A DNA stretch of 64,000 bases from an uncultured delta proteobacterium (GTDB lineage Bacteria > Myxococcota_A > UBA9160 > UBA4427), in the NCBI GenBank assembly GCA_963822965.1, contig CAWGJT010000010.1:320001-384000 (forward strand), in the 5' to 3' direction. Positions 44,373 through 53,825 of this stretch are shown in pieces. Position 1 is the first letter of the stretch, and every line of letters starts with the position of its first letter. The notes beneath the pieces are model-generated. The model was not told where the DNA came from and made no database searches. It saw only the letters and a program-made list of their open reading frames with translations. The position numbers and the translations under genes are program-made.

Positions 44373-45632
44373 ATGTCCAGTCGAAGTGATCTCGTCCCGG
44401 TCCACGGGGGGCTCGACGAGCCGGTGGACCGCGTCGTGCCCGTGTCGCGGCGCAACGCGTTCCAGCAGGAGGCCGCGGGCATGGCCCGGATCCAGGTCAC
44501 CGCTGCGGACCTGTCCACCGTGCATCGCCTGGCCGACGGCGCGCTCTCGCCCCTGGAGGGGCCGATGAAGCAGGAGGTCTACGACCGTGTCCTCGACGAA
44601 TCGGTCGTCCTGAGCCAGGGCGAGCGATACGCCTGGACGATTCCCCTCTCCCTGCCCGTCACGGACGCCGAGTCGAAGGCCCTCTCGACCGGCGACTCGG
44701 CGGCCGTCGTGAGCGAAGACGGCGAGCTCGTCGCCATCGTCGACGACGTCGAGATCTTCGACTGGGACAAGCCGCGCTACGTGAAGGCGGTGTACGGCAC
44801 GGATCGGATGGACCACCCGGGCGGCCGGATGGTCGAGAACGATGCCCGCACCCAGCTCCTGGGCGGTTCGATCCGGGTCCTGCCGCAGCGTGTGAACCCC
44901 GAGTACGGCCAGTACATGCTCTCGCCGCGCATGACCCGGGCCTTCATCCGCGAGCGGAAGTGGGAGCGCGCCCTGGCGTTCCAGACGCGCAACCCCCTGC
45001 ATCGCGCCCACGAGTACGCGCTCGTGGCGGGAGCCGAGGTGCTCACCGGCCAGGGCCACTTCACCGGCGTCGTGCTCAATCCCCTGGTGGGCGAGCTCAA
45101 GGGCGACGACGTGCCGGCGGCCATGCGCATGCGCTGCTATCGCAAGCTGCACGACGCGAAGCTGCTCGGCCAGGGCGACAAGGACGAGGCCCTCTGGCAG
45201 CGCGTGGGCTACGACCTGTCGGAGGTCTTCGAGCTCATCGGCCTCGACATCAAGATGTTCTACGGCGGCCCCAAGGAGGCGGTGATGCACGGCATCTATC
45301 GCCAGAACTACGGCTTCAGCGACATCGTGATCGGCCGCAAGCACGCCGACGCGCCCTACGAGGACGGCACCGCCATCTGGGGGGACTTCGACGCCCACGA
45401 GATCTTCGATCGCCTGCCCGGCGATCTGCGGATCCAGCCCTGCAAGATCGGATTCGCCGCGTTCTACGAGAACCTCGGCCGGGTGGACCTCACCGAGCGC
45501 CATCCCGGCGAGAAGCCCTTCTCGATCTCCGGCACGAAGGTGCGCGAGCAGCTGCAGGCGGGCGAGCGGCCGGATCTCCGGATCATGCGGCCGGAGATTG
45601 CGGACATCCTCATCGAAGCCTATCACGGCTAG
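44373..45632 (+). CDS. sat: Sulfate adenylyltransferase (ATP sulfurylase)
   Basis: [34 protein letters not shown]. Confidence 0.9.
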   Translation: MSSRSDLVPVHGGLDEPVDRVVPVSRRNAFQQEAAGMARIQVTAADLSTVHRLADGALSPLEGPMKQEVYDRVLDESVVLSQGERYAWTIPLSLPVTDAESKALSTGDSAAVVSEDGELVAIVDDVEIFDWDKPRYVKAVYGTDRMDHPGGRMVENDARTQLLGGSIRVLPQRVNPEYGQYMLSPRMTRAFIRERKWERALAFQTRNPLHRAHEYALVAGAEVLTGQGHFTGVVLNPLVGELKGDDVPAAMRMRCYRKLHDAKLLGQGDKDEALWQRVGYDLSEVFELIGLDIKMFYGGPKEAVMHGIYRQNYGFSDIVIGRKHADAPYEDGTAIWGDFDAHEIFDRLPGDLRIQPCKIGFAAFYENLGRVDLTERHPGEKPFSISGTKVREQLQAGERPDLRIMRPEIADILIEAYHG

Positions 45633-45636
45633 TGCC

Positions 45637-46752
45637 ATGAGAATCGGCGTCCCGAAGGAGACCAAGGACCGGGAGTTCCGGGTGGGCGTCGTCCCCGACG
45701 GCGTCCGGATGCTGGCCCGTGAGGGCCACGAGGTCTGCGTCGAGGAGGACGCCGGTCTCGGCAGCGGCTTCTCGAACGACGCCTATCGCGAGGCGGGGGC
45801 GCGGATCGTCTCGGCCGAGGACGCCTGGTCGGATCCGGAGCTGATCGTCAAGGTGAAGGAGCCCAACGACCGGGAGGTGCGATTCCTCCGTCCCGGGCAG
45901 GTGCTCTTCACGTATCTGCATCTCGCGGCGGCGCCTGCGCTCACCGAGGCCCTGCGGGCCGCCGACATCATCGCCATCGCCTACGAGACGATGCAGAACG
46001 CCGACGGCTCGTTCCCCGTGCTGGCGCCCATGAGCGAGGTGGCGGGCCGGCTGGCCGCCCAGGTGGGGGCCACGCTGCTGCAGAAGGAGAACGGCGGAAA
46101 GGGCCTGCTGCTCGGCGGCGTTCCCGGCGTGGCGCGCGGCCGAGTGACGATCCTGGGCGCGGGGACCGTCGGCATCAACGCCCTGCGCACCGCCCACGCC
46201 CTGGGTGCAGAGGTCGACCTGCTCGACACGAACCTCCCGCGGCTCACCTACGTCTACGATCTGTTCCACGGCGAGCTCAACACCCTCTACTCGAACGCGG
46301 CGAACATCGAGCGCTCGGTGATCGAGAGCGACCTGGTGATCGGCGCCGTCTACGTGCACGGCCGGCGCCCTCCGACGCTCGTCTCCCGGGATCTCGTCTC
46401 CCGCATGGAGGCGGGCTCCGTGATCGTGGACGTGGCGGTCGACCAGGGTGGCTGCGTCGAGACGATCCACGCGACCACGCACTCGAACCCCACCTACGAG
46501 GTGGACGGTGTGATCCACTACGGCGTGGCGAACATGCCCGGCGCCGTTCCGCGCACGTCCACCTTCGCGCTCACGAACACCACCCTTCCGTACGTCCAGG
46601 AGATCGCCGGTCGCGGCGTCGCGCAGGCCGTGCAGTCGGACCCGGCTCTCGCCCAGGGAGCGAACGTGTGGCGAGGCGAGATCGTCTGCGAGGGCGTCGC
46701 CGAGTCCCTGGACATTCCCGGGAGGTCCCTGGCGAGCCAGCTCTCCCGCTGA
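45637..46752 (+). CDS. ald: Alanine dehydrogenase
   Basis: IGVPKE; KVKEP; PMSEVAGR; DQGG; VANMPG. Confidence 0.96.
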   Translation: MRIGVPKETKDREFRVGVVPDGVRMLAREGHEVCVEEDAGLGSGFSNDAYREAGARIVSAEDAWSDPELIVKVKEPNDREVRFLRPGQVLFTYLHLAAAPALTEALRAADIIAIAYETMQNADGSFPVLAPMSEVAGRLAAQVGATLLQKENGGKGLLLGGVPGVARGRVTILGAGTVGINALRTAHALGAEVDLLDTNLPRLTYVYDLFHGELNTLYSNAANIERSVIESDLVIGAVYVHGRRPPTLVSRDLVSRMEAGSVIVDVAVDQGGCVETIHATTHSNPTYEVDGVIHYGVANMPGAVPRTSTFALTNTTLPYVQEIAGRGVAQAVQSDPALAQGANVWRGEIVCEGVAESLDIPGRSLASQLSR

Positions 46753-46823
46753 CGCCGCGAGTGGTTCGGGATCCTCGCCCGTCGTCGGGGAGCGCGCGTG
46801 ACGCGCGATTGCAGGAGGCCGCG

Positions 46824-48089
46824 ATGACGGAGCCGCACGGGCTCGAGTGGGATACCCCGATGTACCGGCTGGCCGTCGGCCAGCTCGACGGCGCCGCCCG
46901 GCAGATCGGTCTCGACGAGAACATCTGGCAGCGCCTGCGCACGCCGCAACGCGCCCACGTGGTCTCGTTTCCGTTTCGGCGCGACGACTACGACCGGGTC
47001 GAGACGGTCTTCGGCTACCGCGTCCAGCACCTCCTCACCATGGGGCCGACCAAGGGCGGAATCCGCTACGACCTGGGTGTCGACCTCGGGGAGGTGACGG
47101 CGCTCTCCATGTGGATGTCGTGGAAGTGCTCGATCATGGGGCTGCCCTTCGGCGGCGCGAAGGGCGGACTTCGCATCAATCCCCGGGAGCTCTCGCGCAG
47201 CGAGCTGCAGCGGATCACGCGTCGCTTCACCTCCGAGATCATCGACGTGATCGGTCCCGACCGCGACATCCCGGCCCCCGACCTCGGGACCGACGAGCTG
47301 GTGATGGCCTGGATGATGGACACCTATTCCCAGCAGAAGGGCCATGCCGTGCCGGGGGTGGTGACGGGCAAGCCCGTCGAGATCGGCGGCAGCCTGGGGC
47401 GCCGGGAGGCGACCGGCCGCGGTGTCGTCACGTGCATGCTGGAGGCCTGCCACCAGCTCTCCCTGCACGAGCCCCGGGTGGTCGTCCAGGGCTTCGGCAA
47501 CGTGGGTCGCTCGGCCGCGTCCATCGCGCACGAGCTGGGCTGTCGGGTCGTCGGCGTCTCGGACGTGAAGGGCGGCGTGTACGCCGACCGCGGGCTCGAC
47601 ATTCCGGCGCTGGTCGCCCACGTCGACGAGCATGGCGACGTGGAGGGCTTCCCGGGCTCGGAGCCCGTGGGCAACGCCGAGCTCCTCGAGCTCTCGTGCG
47701 ACGTCCTGGTGCCCGCCGCCATCGAGAACCAGATCACGGAGTCGAACGCCGACCGGCTGCGCTGCCGCCTCCTGGTCGAAGCCGCCAACGGACCCACGAA
47801 TCTGGAGGCCGACGCCATCCTCTGGGAGCGCGGCGTGCTGGTCGTGCCCGACATCCTGGCCAACGCGGGCGGCGTGACGGTCTCCTACTTCGAGTGGATC
47901 CAGAGCTCGCAGCAGCTCTTCTGGAGCGAGGAAGAGGTGAACGTGAAGCTGATCGCCCTGATGCAGCAGGCCTATACCCGCGTCCGGGACAATGCCGCGG
48001 CGGCGGGCGTGGACATGCGCAGCGCCGCCCTGCACCTGGGCATCCGCCGGATCGCCGAGGCCAAGCGCACCCGGGGCGTGTTTCCCTAG
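46824..48089 (+). CDS. gdhA: Glu/Leu/Phe/Val dehydrogenase
   Basis: KGGIRY; GGAKGG; PAPD; GFGNVG; EAANGP; NAGGV. Confidence 0.9.
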   Translation: MTEPHGLEWDTPMYRLAVGQLDGAARQIGLDENIWQRLRTPQRAHVVSFPFRRDDYDRVETVFGYRVQHLLTMGPTKGGIRYDLGVDLGEVTALSMWMSWKCSIMGLPFGGAKGGLRINPRELSRSELQRITRRFTSEIIDVIGPDRDIPAPDLGTDELVMAWMMDTYSQQKGHAVPGVVTGKPVEIGGSLGRREATGRGVVTCMLEACHQLSLHEPRVVVQGFGNVGRSAASIAHELGCRVVGVSDVKGGVYADRGLDIPALVAHVDEHGDVEGFPGSEPVGNAELLELSCDVLVPAAIENQITESNADRLRCRLLVEAANGPTNLEADAILWERGVLVVPDILANAGGVTVSYFEWIQSSQQLFWSEEEVNVKLIALMQQAYTRVRDNAAAAGVDMRSAALHLGIRRIAEAKRTRGVFP

Positions 48090-48198
48090 GTGTCAGTTCC
48101 AAGAGCGTCGTTCACCTGGGCTCCCCTGGCGCGCGAGCCGATCCATCCCGGGTCTCGGCCTGCCAGGCGCGGCCCCGGCGGCCCCCGGGAGTCGCCCC

Positions 48199-50487
48199 TC
48201 AGACCATGCGGATGCGGGGCTCGGAGGCCTGGGCGATCAGGGCTTCCCGGTCGCGGCCGTCGCTGGGATGGATCGCGTAGCCGAAGGCGAGGCCCACGCG
48301 AACGGGGTCGTTCAGCGTCTCTTCCTTGGAGATCTCGTCGGCCACGGCCCGCGCCAGCTCGAAGACGCGTTCGCCGGCGCCCGGTCCGGGCTCGGGCAGC
48401 AGCACGGTGAACTCGCCGGGGGCCGTGCGCCCGAGGACGTCGAAGTCGCGCAGGTGGGCCCGCAGCGCGTCGGCGGTGCGCAGGGTGACCCGGTGGGCAA
48501 GGGGCGGATTGGCGCGCGCGGCGATCTCGTCCAGGTTCTCGATGCGACACACGGCCACCGCCAGGGTTCCCTCGCGCCCGGAGGCCCGAGCGATCTCCTC
48601 GTGGATCCGCTTGGCCAGATAGGTCGCGTTCGGCAGTCCCGTCTCCTCGTCGAAGTTGCGGTGCAGGCGCGTGTGCGAATGGAGCAGGGCGCTGTCCAGG
48701 GCTCGCTCCACGTAGGTGAGGAACTTCACGAAGATCTGCAGATCGTCGTCGTCGAAGGCGCTCGCGTAGAAGCGGTCCGTCGCGACCTTGTCGTAGACCG
48801 AGAGCGTGCCCACCACGCGGCCCGCGCGCTTCAGCGGTGCGGAGAGCAGCGAACGGAACTCGCTGCGGAAATCGGAGAAGCTCGGATGGTCGGCGAGATC
48901 GGCCACGCGGATGGGCGTCCGCCGCCGGATGGTCTCGACGCAGGCCTGCTTGTCGAGCTTGAAGAGCCGCTCCTGCACGTGGCCGTCCGCCCCGCCGAAG
49001 TACGAGCGGATCACGAAGCGACGGGTCTCCTCGTCCTGCAGGCGGAGGATGGCGTGGTCGGCCTCGAGGATCATGGCCACCGAAGACGTGGCGAGACGCA
49101 CCACCTCGTTCAGCTCCTGACTCGAGATCATGCGGATGCCGGTCTCGTTGATGGCGTTCACGCGGTTCGCGCGGACCGCCATGCGCGCCTCGCGCTCGGC
49201 CTGGGCCACGCCGTCCGCCACCGCCGCGGCGAGCTCCTGCAGGGTCTCCTCGGCACCGCGGCCCCGGGGCGGGCGGGATCCGCTCTGGATGGACAGGACG
49301 CCCACCAGGCGCTCGCCCGAGAGCAGGGGCAGCGACACGTAGGCGATGCTGCCATCGTCGGCGCGCAGCAGGGACGGTCGGCGGCTGCGGGCCACCTGCC
49401 CGTCGATGCCCTGGCCCTCGACGACGCGGTACTCGCCGCCGAAGCCGCCGCCTTCGAGCGAGGTGGCGGCGAGACGCAGGTCCGCTTCGCCGTTGCTCGC
49501 GAGGTACACCGTGGCGATGCCGTCGCCGACCCGCTGGGCGGCGAAGAGACAGAGCGCGCGCAGCCGCTCGAGCAGCGGGTTCGGGCTGCCGAGGATCTCG
49601 TGGACCGCGCGGACGGTGTCGTAGCGGGCGGCCTGGTTGCGCAGGTTCTCGTGCTCCTCCGCGCGCGCGATGATCTGCGCGTCGAGACGGGCCACCCGCT
49701 CCATGAAGTGGAGGTCGTCCTGGGTGAAGGCGTCGCGACGACTGCTGTGCAGGTTGAGCACGCCCAGCACCCCGCCGTTCGCGACCAGGGGCACGCAGAG
49801 CGCCGACTCGACGTCCATGCGCTCGCGCACGATCTGGAACGCGCGCCGGTCGGCCTTTCCGTTGACCAGCAGGGAGCGCGCGTCGCGCGCCACGCGGCCC
49901 GCGATGCCCTCGCCGAGCGGCACCCGGATCTTCGGCCAGAGCTCGCGCTCGACGCCGATGGCGACCCGGATGTCGAGCTCGCGCCGGACCGGATCGAGGA
50001 GCATCAGCGAGCCTCCCTCCGCCCCGGTCACGCCGACGGCGATCTCGAGCATGCGGGTGAAGAGCTCGTTGGAATCGATCGTGAGCTCGACCGATTCCAC
50101 CACCTCGGACAGAGCGGTCAGCAGCTCGTTCTTGCGGTCCCGGGTCGCGGTCTCGTAGGCCCACAGCAGCCGGGCGGTGAGGGGGGTCAGGATCTGCACG
50201 CCGCGCTCCGCGGCCTGGGGGAAGCGGGCGGCGAAGGACGGTGACGCCCCGCCCTCGATCACCGCGTGCAGGTTGCCCGCGCCGACGAAGGCGTCGAGGT
50301 CGGTGGTGAGCAGCGACTCGAGCACCGGGAGGATCTCCGGCGCCGCCTGGCGGGCCCGGGCGCGTGCCGCGTCCGGGTTCTCGTCCCAGACGGCCGTGAT
50401 CTCGAGCTGGGGGTTCAGGACCAGCAGCCGCAGCAGCTGGAGGCTCTCCTCGGAGGTTCCGAAGATGCCGACCCGCCTGGGCATCAC
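48199..50487 (-). CDS. Multi-GAF protein with degenerate GGDEF domain (APGEF) and intact RxxD I-site
   Basis: Three GAF-like units (GEGIAG, SALCVPL, SLLSAPL); ETGLPN; RDFD-VLGRT-APGEF. Confidence 0.82.
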   Translation of the reverse strand: MMPRRVGIFGTSEESLQLLRLLVLNPQLEITAVWDENPDAARARARQAAPEILPVLESLLTTDLDAFVGAGNLHAVIEGGASPSFAARFPQAAERGVQILTPLTARLLWAYETATRDRKNELLTALSEVVESVELTIDSNELFTRMLEIAVGVTGAEGGSLMLLDPVRRELDIRVAIGVERELWPKIRVPLGEGIAGRVARDARSLLVNGKADRRAFQIVRERMDVESALCVPLVANGGVLGVLNLHSSRRDAFTQDDLHFMERVARLDAQIIARAEEHENLRNQAARYDTVRAVHEILGSPNPLLERLRALCLFAAQRVGDGIATVYLASNGEADLRLAATSLEGGGFGGEYRVVEGQGIDGQVARSRRPSLLRADDGSIAYVSLPLLSGERLVGVLSIQSGSRPPRGRGAEETLQELAAAVADGVAQAEREARMAVRANRVNAINETGIRMISSQELNEVVRLATSSVAMILEADHAILRLQDEETRRFVIRSYFGGADGHVQERLFKLDKQACVETIRRRTPIRVADLADHPSFSDFRSEFRSLLSAPLKRAGRVVGTLSVYDKVATDRFYASAFDDDDLQIFVKFLTYVERALDSALLHSHTRLHRNFDEETGLPNATYLAKRIHEEIARASGREGTLAVAVCRIENLDEIAARANPPLAHRVTLRTADALRAHLRDFDVLGRTAPGEFTVLLPEPGPGAGERVFELARAVADEISKEETLNDPVRVGLAFGYAIHPSDGRDREALIAQASEPRIRMV

Positions 50488-51542
50488 TCTGCTCCGTCGT
50501 CGAGGAGGGGCTCGAGGGCGAGGGTGAGGCGCAGGGTGACCGTCTCGCCCTCGGGATTCCCGAGCACCAGCGGCACCTGGATCGAGCGGGGCGAGGCGAC
50601 GGTCGCGCTTCCGACGGAGACGATCTCGAAATCCGCACCGATGCGGGCGCCCGCGGAGCTCTTGAGCTCCCGGGGCATGCCGTCCCAGGGGCGGTCGAGG
50701 GCCTGCTGCGCCTCGAGCGTCGCCTCGGCGACATCCGCCAGGTCGCCTTCCCCGTCGGCGAGGATCGCGCGCTCCATCAGGTCGACGTCGGGCGACAGGG
50801 GCGCGGACCCGCGAGGGGCGGCCGGCGGCGGTGCCGCGGTCGGCTTCCGGGCGGCGGGGCGCGCGGGCGCGGCCGCCGCCGGGGGCTTCTGCGCGGCGGG
50901 AGCGGGGCGCGGACGGACCGGACGCGCTTCCGGGGCGGGCTCGGGCGCCGGGCCGAGGTCGGACTCGCGCAGCACGCGGATCACCCGCTTGGAGATCGTC
51001 GTGAGCGTCTGGAGCACACCCTGGCCGCCGCTGGCCACCGCTTCGAAGACGGCGGCACCCGGCAGCGCCAGCTTGCGGTGCAGCTCCTCGATCGCGTAGG
51101 GATCCGTCTGGTCGCGCTTGTTGTACTGCACGACGACGGGCAGCTCCTCCAGGGAGCGCCCGTAGGCGGCCAGGGACTCCCGCAGCTCGCGCAGGGAGGC
51201 CACGTTTGCCTCCGCCTGGGCGGGACGGGAGTCGACCACGAACACCAGGCCGTCGATGTGATCGAGGAGCTGCTTGCGCGTGGGAGCGTGCTCCGGGGCG
51301 CCCGGCACCGCGACCACCTGCAGTCGCGTGCGCAGGCCGTTGACCTGCCCCAGCTCGATGGGCAGCAGCTCGTAGGTCGTCGTCGGGTCGAGCCGGGTCG
51401 GGACGCTCTGCAGCTCGCCCCGATGGTCGGCGCGCAGCTTCTGGTGGATTACGCGGAGGTTCGTCGAGACGCCGGCGCCTTCGATCCCCCAGAAGACGAT
51501 GCGTGCGTTGACCTGCGTTCCGTCCGGTGTCAGATGAGCCAA
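50484..51542 (-). CDS. MglA-like small GTPase homologue with degenerate G1/G3, Pro-rich linker and C-terminal domain
   Basis: Colinear with MglA (NARIVFWG, VPG, DGLVFVVDS, QYNKRD); P-loop reads GIEGAGVST. Confidence 0.8.
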   Translation of the reverse strand: MAHLTPDGTQVNARIVFWGIEGAGVSTNLRVIHQKLRADHRGELQSVPTRLDPTTTYELLPIELGQVNGLRTRLQVVAVPGAPEHAPTRKQLLDHIDGLVFVVDSRPAQAEANVASLRELRESLAAYGRSLEELPVVVQYNKRDQTDPYAIEELHRKLALPGAAVFEAVASGGQGVLQTLTTISKRVIRVLRESDLGPAPEPAPEARPVRPRPAPAAQKPPAAAAPARPAARKPTAAPPPAAPRGSAPLSPDVDLMERAILADGEGDLADVAEATLEAQQALDRPWDGMPRELKSSAGARIGADFEIVSVGSATVASPRSIQVPLVLGNPEGETVTLRLTLALEPLLDDGAE

Positions 51543-51560
51543 GCTGCTTCTCCGGGTCGC

Positions 51561-52625
51561 CTAGATCTTGCCCTTCTTGGACAGGAGCCGTCGGGCGTGG
51601 GACGAAATGGCCGAGGGCACGTCCTTGCTCTTCATGATGCTCCGCAGCTCACGCTCCTGCAAATAGTTGAGGAACTTGATGGCTTCGGCCTGCGGGCACT
51701 TGGGATTCGTCGCCAGCGCCGACTTCACCTGGTAGCTCTTCGTCCATTCGCGGTTGCGCGCGATCATTCGGAGGATCTCGTCCGAGACGTTGCGCGACTT
51801 CGCGATGGACGCGATCTCGGTGTCGGTGATCTTCGGGCTCTGGACCACCGAGGAGGAGACGATCTTGTTGCGGTCCCGGATGAGCAGGGTGCGGGCTTCC
51901 TTGCCGCCCACCCGGGCCAGCTTGATCTTCTGCATCACGCTCATCTTCTGGATGGCGGCGAAGAGGTTGTTCTGGATGTCTTCGTCCTCGAGCTCCTCCT
52001 CGCTCGCCAGGTAGCGCGCCACGTCCCCCATGCCCTCTCCGAGCAGGGCGAGGATGGCCGCCTCCGCGGCGTCGCTACTGACGTCGGCCGCATCGTTCAG
52101 GTCGTCGCCCTCGTCCTCCTCGTCGACCCCGAGGAAGGTGAGGATGCGTTCGATCACGGCCCGGCCCGTGAGGGGATTCGCGCCGAGGGCCTCGACGATC
52201 TCGTCCGATCGGATCAGGCGCTCCTGGTTGTTGCTGATGATGTCGATCACCCGGCGCAGGGGCAGGGTCGCGAGAAAGGCGATGGTCGGGTCGTCGGTGG
52301 CGGAGTTCAGGGCGATGCGCTCGCAGTGCGCCTCGCTCTCGCGGTGCACCCGGGCGAGGTGCGAGAGCACGGCCGGGTGGCTGGGCCCCGTGAGCACCGA
52401 GAAGGCCACCTGCTCGGGAAGCTCGGCGAGGCTGTCTGCGGCCCGGCTCTTGACCTCCGTGTCGGGGTCGTGCAGCAGCGCGAACAGCACCGTGGCGAGC
52501 TCGACCGGCTCCAGGGGCAGGGCGCCGCGGGCCGCCATGCGACGCGCCTCCACCGGGGCGTCGCGGCGCACGTACTTCTCCGCCTGGGGTGACAGGCTGA
52601 GGCGGATCTTTCCGGGAGCGGCCAA
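51561..52625 (-). CDS. Conserved hypothetical alpha-helical repeat protein
   Basis: MSVMQKIKLA...GGKEAR.LLIRD.NK; NPKCP; TTG start approximate. Confidence 0.7.
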   Translation of the reverse strand: MAAPGKIRLSLSPQAEKYVRRDAPVEARRMAARGALPLEPVELATVLFALLHDPDTEVKSRAADSLAELPEQVAFSVLTGPSHPAVLSHLARVHRESEAHCERIALNSATDDPTIAFLATLPLRRVIDIISNNQERLIRSDEIVEALGANPLTGRAVIERILTFLGVDEEDEGDDLNDAADVSSDAAEAAILALLGEGMGDVARYLASEEELEDEDIQNNLFAAIQKMSVMQKIKLARVGGKEARTLLIRDRNKIVSSSVVQSPKITDTEIASIAKSRNVSDEILRMIARNREWTKSYQVKSALATNPKCPQAEAIKFLNYLQERELRSIMKSKDVPSAISSHARRLLSKKGKI

Positions 52626-52790
52626 TGTTGTGAATTCCCCTCGCAATTGGGCGCAGGCGGCGGCCTCGCGGCAGTCGTCACCCTCTTGAGTCGGCCGCCT
52701 CCGCGGGGAACTTGATCGGCTCCCGTCCGGGCTAGGATGTGCGCCCATCGCATCTCTTGCGCCGGGAGCACGGCGCTGGAAGGAGGGGAA

Positions 52791-53168
52791 ATGGGGCTTC
52801 GATCATGCCACCGGATCGGTCGGTCCGCGGCCGTCCTGGGAGCCGGGGCGGCCCTCGGCCTCCTGCTCCTGGCGGCCACGCCGGGCTGCGTGAGCGAGGC
52901 CGCCCGCAGCAGCGGATCCGAGGCGACCGCCTCGCAGCCCGCGTCCGAGGAGCCGGCGCCGGAGGAGCACGGCAAGCTGGAGCCCCGCTATCAGCCCCGG
53001 GAGCCCCAGCCCAAGCCCTGGTACAACAGCTCCTATCTCTTCGGCATGACCCGGGGCGTGACGGGCTCGACCATGCACCCCGCCGCCAAGGCGCCGCTGC
53101 TCGTGCTGACGATCCCCCTCGACATCGTGCTGCTGCCGTTCGCCGCCATTGGAGGACTCTTCGGATGA
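52791..53168 (+). CDS. Small putative lipoprotein (YceK-like C-terminus)
   Basis: GGAGG RBS; signal ending TPGC; IPLDIVLLPF. Confidence 0.55.
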   Translation: MGLRSCHRIGRSAAVLGAGAALGLLLLAATPGCVSEAARSSGSEATASQPASEEPAPEEHGKLEPRYQPREPQPKPWYNSSYLFGMTRGVTGSTMHPAAKAPLLVLTIPLDIVLLPFAAIGGLFG

Positions 53169-53812
53169 CCCGCCCCTCGATCGACGGCCGCCGGACGGCC
53201 CTTCCGTTGTCGGGCGTCCTGCCCTTGTTGGCCGTCCTCGCCGTTCCGCTCCTGCTCGCGTGCGCGCCCCAGGCCATGCGCGGAGGCGAAGGGACCGAGA
53301 ACCCGGATCTCGATCGGCCGGCGCTGAGCGTCAAGCTCGATCGGGAGGACATCAACTATCTCGTGGCCGACTACCTGGAGCGGCTCCAGGCGTCGCGCTT
53401 CTGGACCACCACCGTGCAGAAGGCTGCGACCCCGCCGCTCGTGGCGATCTGGCCCATCGTCAACGAGACGTCCCAGCACATCGACGACCAGATGGCGACC
53501 CTGCTCTCGTCGATCGAGACCTCCCTGGTGAACACCGGCGACGTGCGGGTCGTCGATCGGGCGCGCCAGGAGGCCCTCATCCGGGAGATCGGGATGCAGC
53601 AGGGCGCCGCCTACGATCCCGCCTCGGCGCAGCGCATGGGGCGCCAGCTCGGGGTCCAGTACTTCTTCACCGGGAAGATCAGCTCCGTGGACGAGAAGCT
53701 CAACAACATCCGGCGTGTCCAGTACAGCCTCTTCCTCCAGGTGATCCAGATCGAGACCGGCATCATCGAGTTCCAGAACGAGGTGACTCGCTCCAAGGCC
53801 ATCAAGAAGTAG
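53165..53812 (+). CDS. LpoB-like lipoprotein
   Basis: Lipobox LLAC; NETSQHID; GRQLGV; IETG. Confidence 0.78.
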   Translation: MTRPSIDGRRTALPLSGVLPLLAVLAVPLLLACAPQAMRGGEGTENPDLDRPALSVKLDREDINYLVADYLERLQASRFWTTTVQKAATPPLVAIWPIVNETSQHIDDQMATLLSSIETSLVNTGDVRVVDRARQEALIREIGMQQGAAYDPASAQRMGRQLGVQYFFTGKISSVDEKLNNIRRVQYSLFLQVIQIETGIIEFQNEVTRSKAIKK

Positions 53813-53825
53813 CCGGCGCGCCGGG

